From Blastococcus sp. (lineage in GTDB: Bacteria > Actinomycetota > Actinomycetes > Mycobacteriales > Geodermatophilaceae): 64,000 nucleotides of DNA. Below, in pieces: positions 63,726 through 64,000 of the stretch (position 1 is the stretch's first letter; each line of letters opens with the position of its first letter). The translations under genes and the position numbers were made by a program. Location of the stretch: assembly GCA_035296685.1 (NCBI GenBank), contig DATHAK010000220.1:610-64609 (forward strand), in the 5' to 3' direction. The notes beneath the pieces are model-generated. The model saw nothing but the letters and a program-made list of their open reading frames with translations, searched no databases and was not told the DNA's origin.

Positions 63726-64000
63726 GCAGCGCGATCGTGACCGGCGCGGGTTCCGCGCTCCCCGCCGCGCTCGACCAGGACGCGGTGTGGGAGGGCTATT
63801 TCGCCCGGCACTACGAGGGCGTCCGCGCGGCCCGCCGGATCTTCGCGGGCGCGGGCGTACGACGTCGCCACGCGGTCGCCAACCCGGTCGACGAGGACCT
63901 CAGCCAGTGGGGCACCGGCGCCCGCATGGAGCGCTTCGTCCAGGAGGCATTGCCGCTCGGCAAGCAGGCGGTCGCCGGTGCGCTGGACGCGGCCGGGCTC
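63722..64000 (+). CDS. Type III polyketide synthase, 5' part only
   Basis: IVTGAGSALP..DQ..IFAGAGVRRRH...TGARMERFVQEALPLGKQAV..AL; typical type III PKS N-terminus, catalytic Cys beyond the window. Confidence 0.82.
   Translation, partial: MSSAIVTGAGSALPAALDQDAVWEGYFARHYEGVRAARRIFAGAGVRRRHAVANPVDEDLSQWGTGARMERFVQEALPLGKQAVAGALDAAGL

Overview
A 64 kb, gene-dense chromosomal segment of a very GC-rich actinomycete. Gene content and style suggest Geodermatophilaceae (Blastococcus/Geodermatophilus-like); that assignment is inference. I found no rRNA, tRNA, CRISPR, transposase, integrase or phage genes. About 65 real CDSs sit among many GC-driven shadow ORFs. Recognisable modules: GH13 alpha-glucosidase (partial), pckG, MFS-acVLRF1-helD, a class A PBP, a c-di-AMP riboswitch-controlled NlpC/P60 hydrolase, an Lrp-regulated 2-oxoacid dehydrogenase E1a/E1b/E2 operon, a PepSY + lipoprotein pair divergent from an OmpR-type two-component system, a complete fructose PTS (fruR-fruK-fruA-ptsH / ptsI), bdh with a GAF-PucR regulator, fadE5, znuACB with a Zur box, an atu-like acyl-CoA carboxylase operon carrying two frameshifts, ribokinase, and a methyltransferase plus the start of a type III PKS. 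The most notable features lie between and inside these genes. (1) Four copies of a ~55 bp structured repeat whose outer stem co-varies, each 1-12 nt after a stop codon and in the same orientation relative to transcription. (2) Short palindromes, two of them in-frame inside coding sequences of the atu-like operon. (3) Several small, mostly acidic and predicted-disordered ORFs, most sharing a GTT(T)-N14-16-GGG(C/A)A(Y/G) SigB/SigF-type promoter. All coordinates and counts were read by hand; no database search was run.
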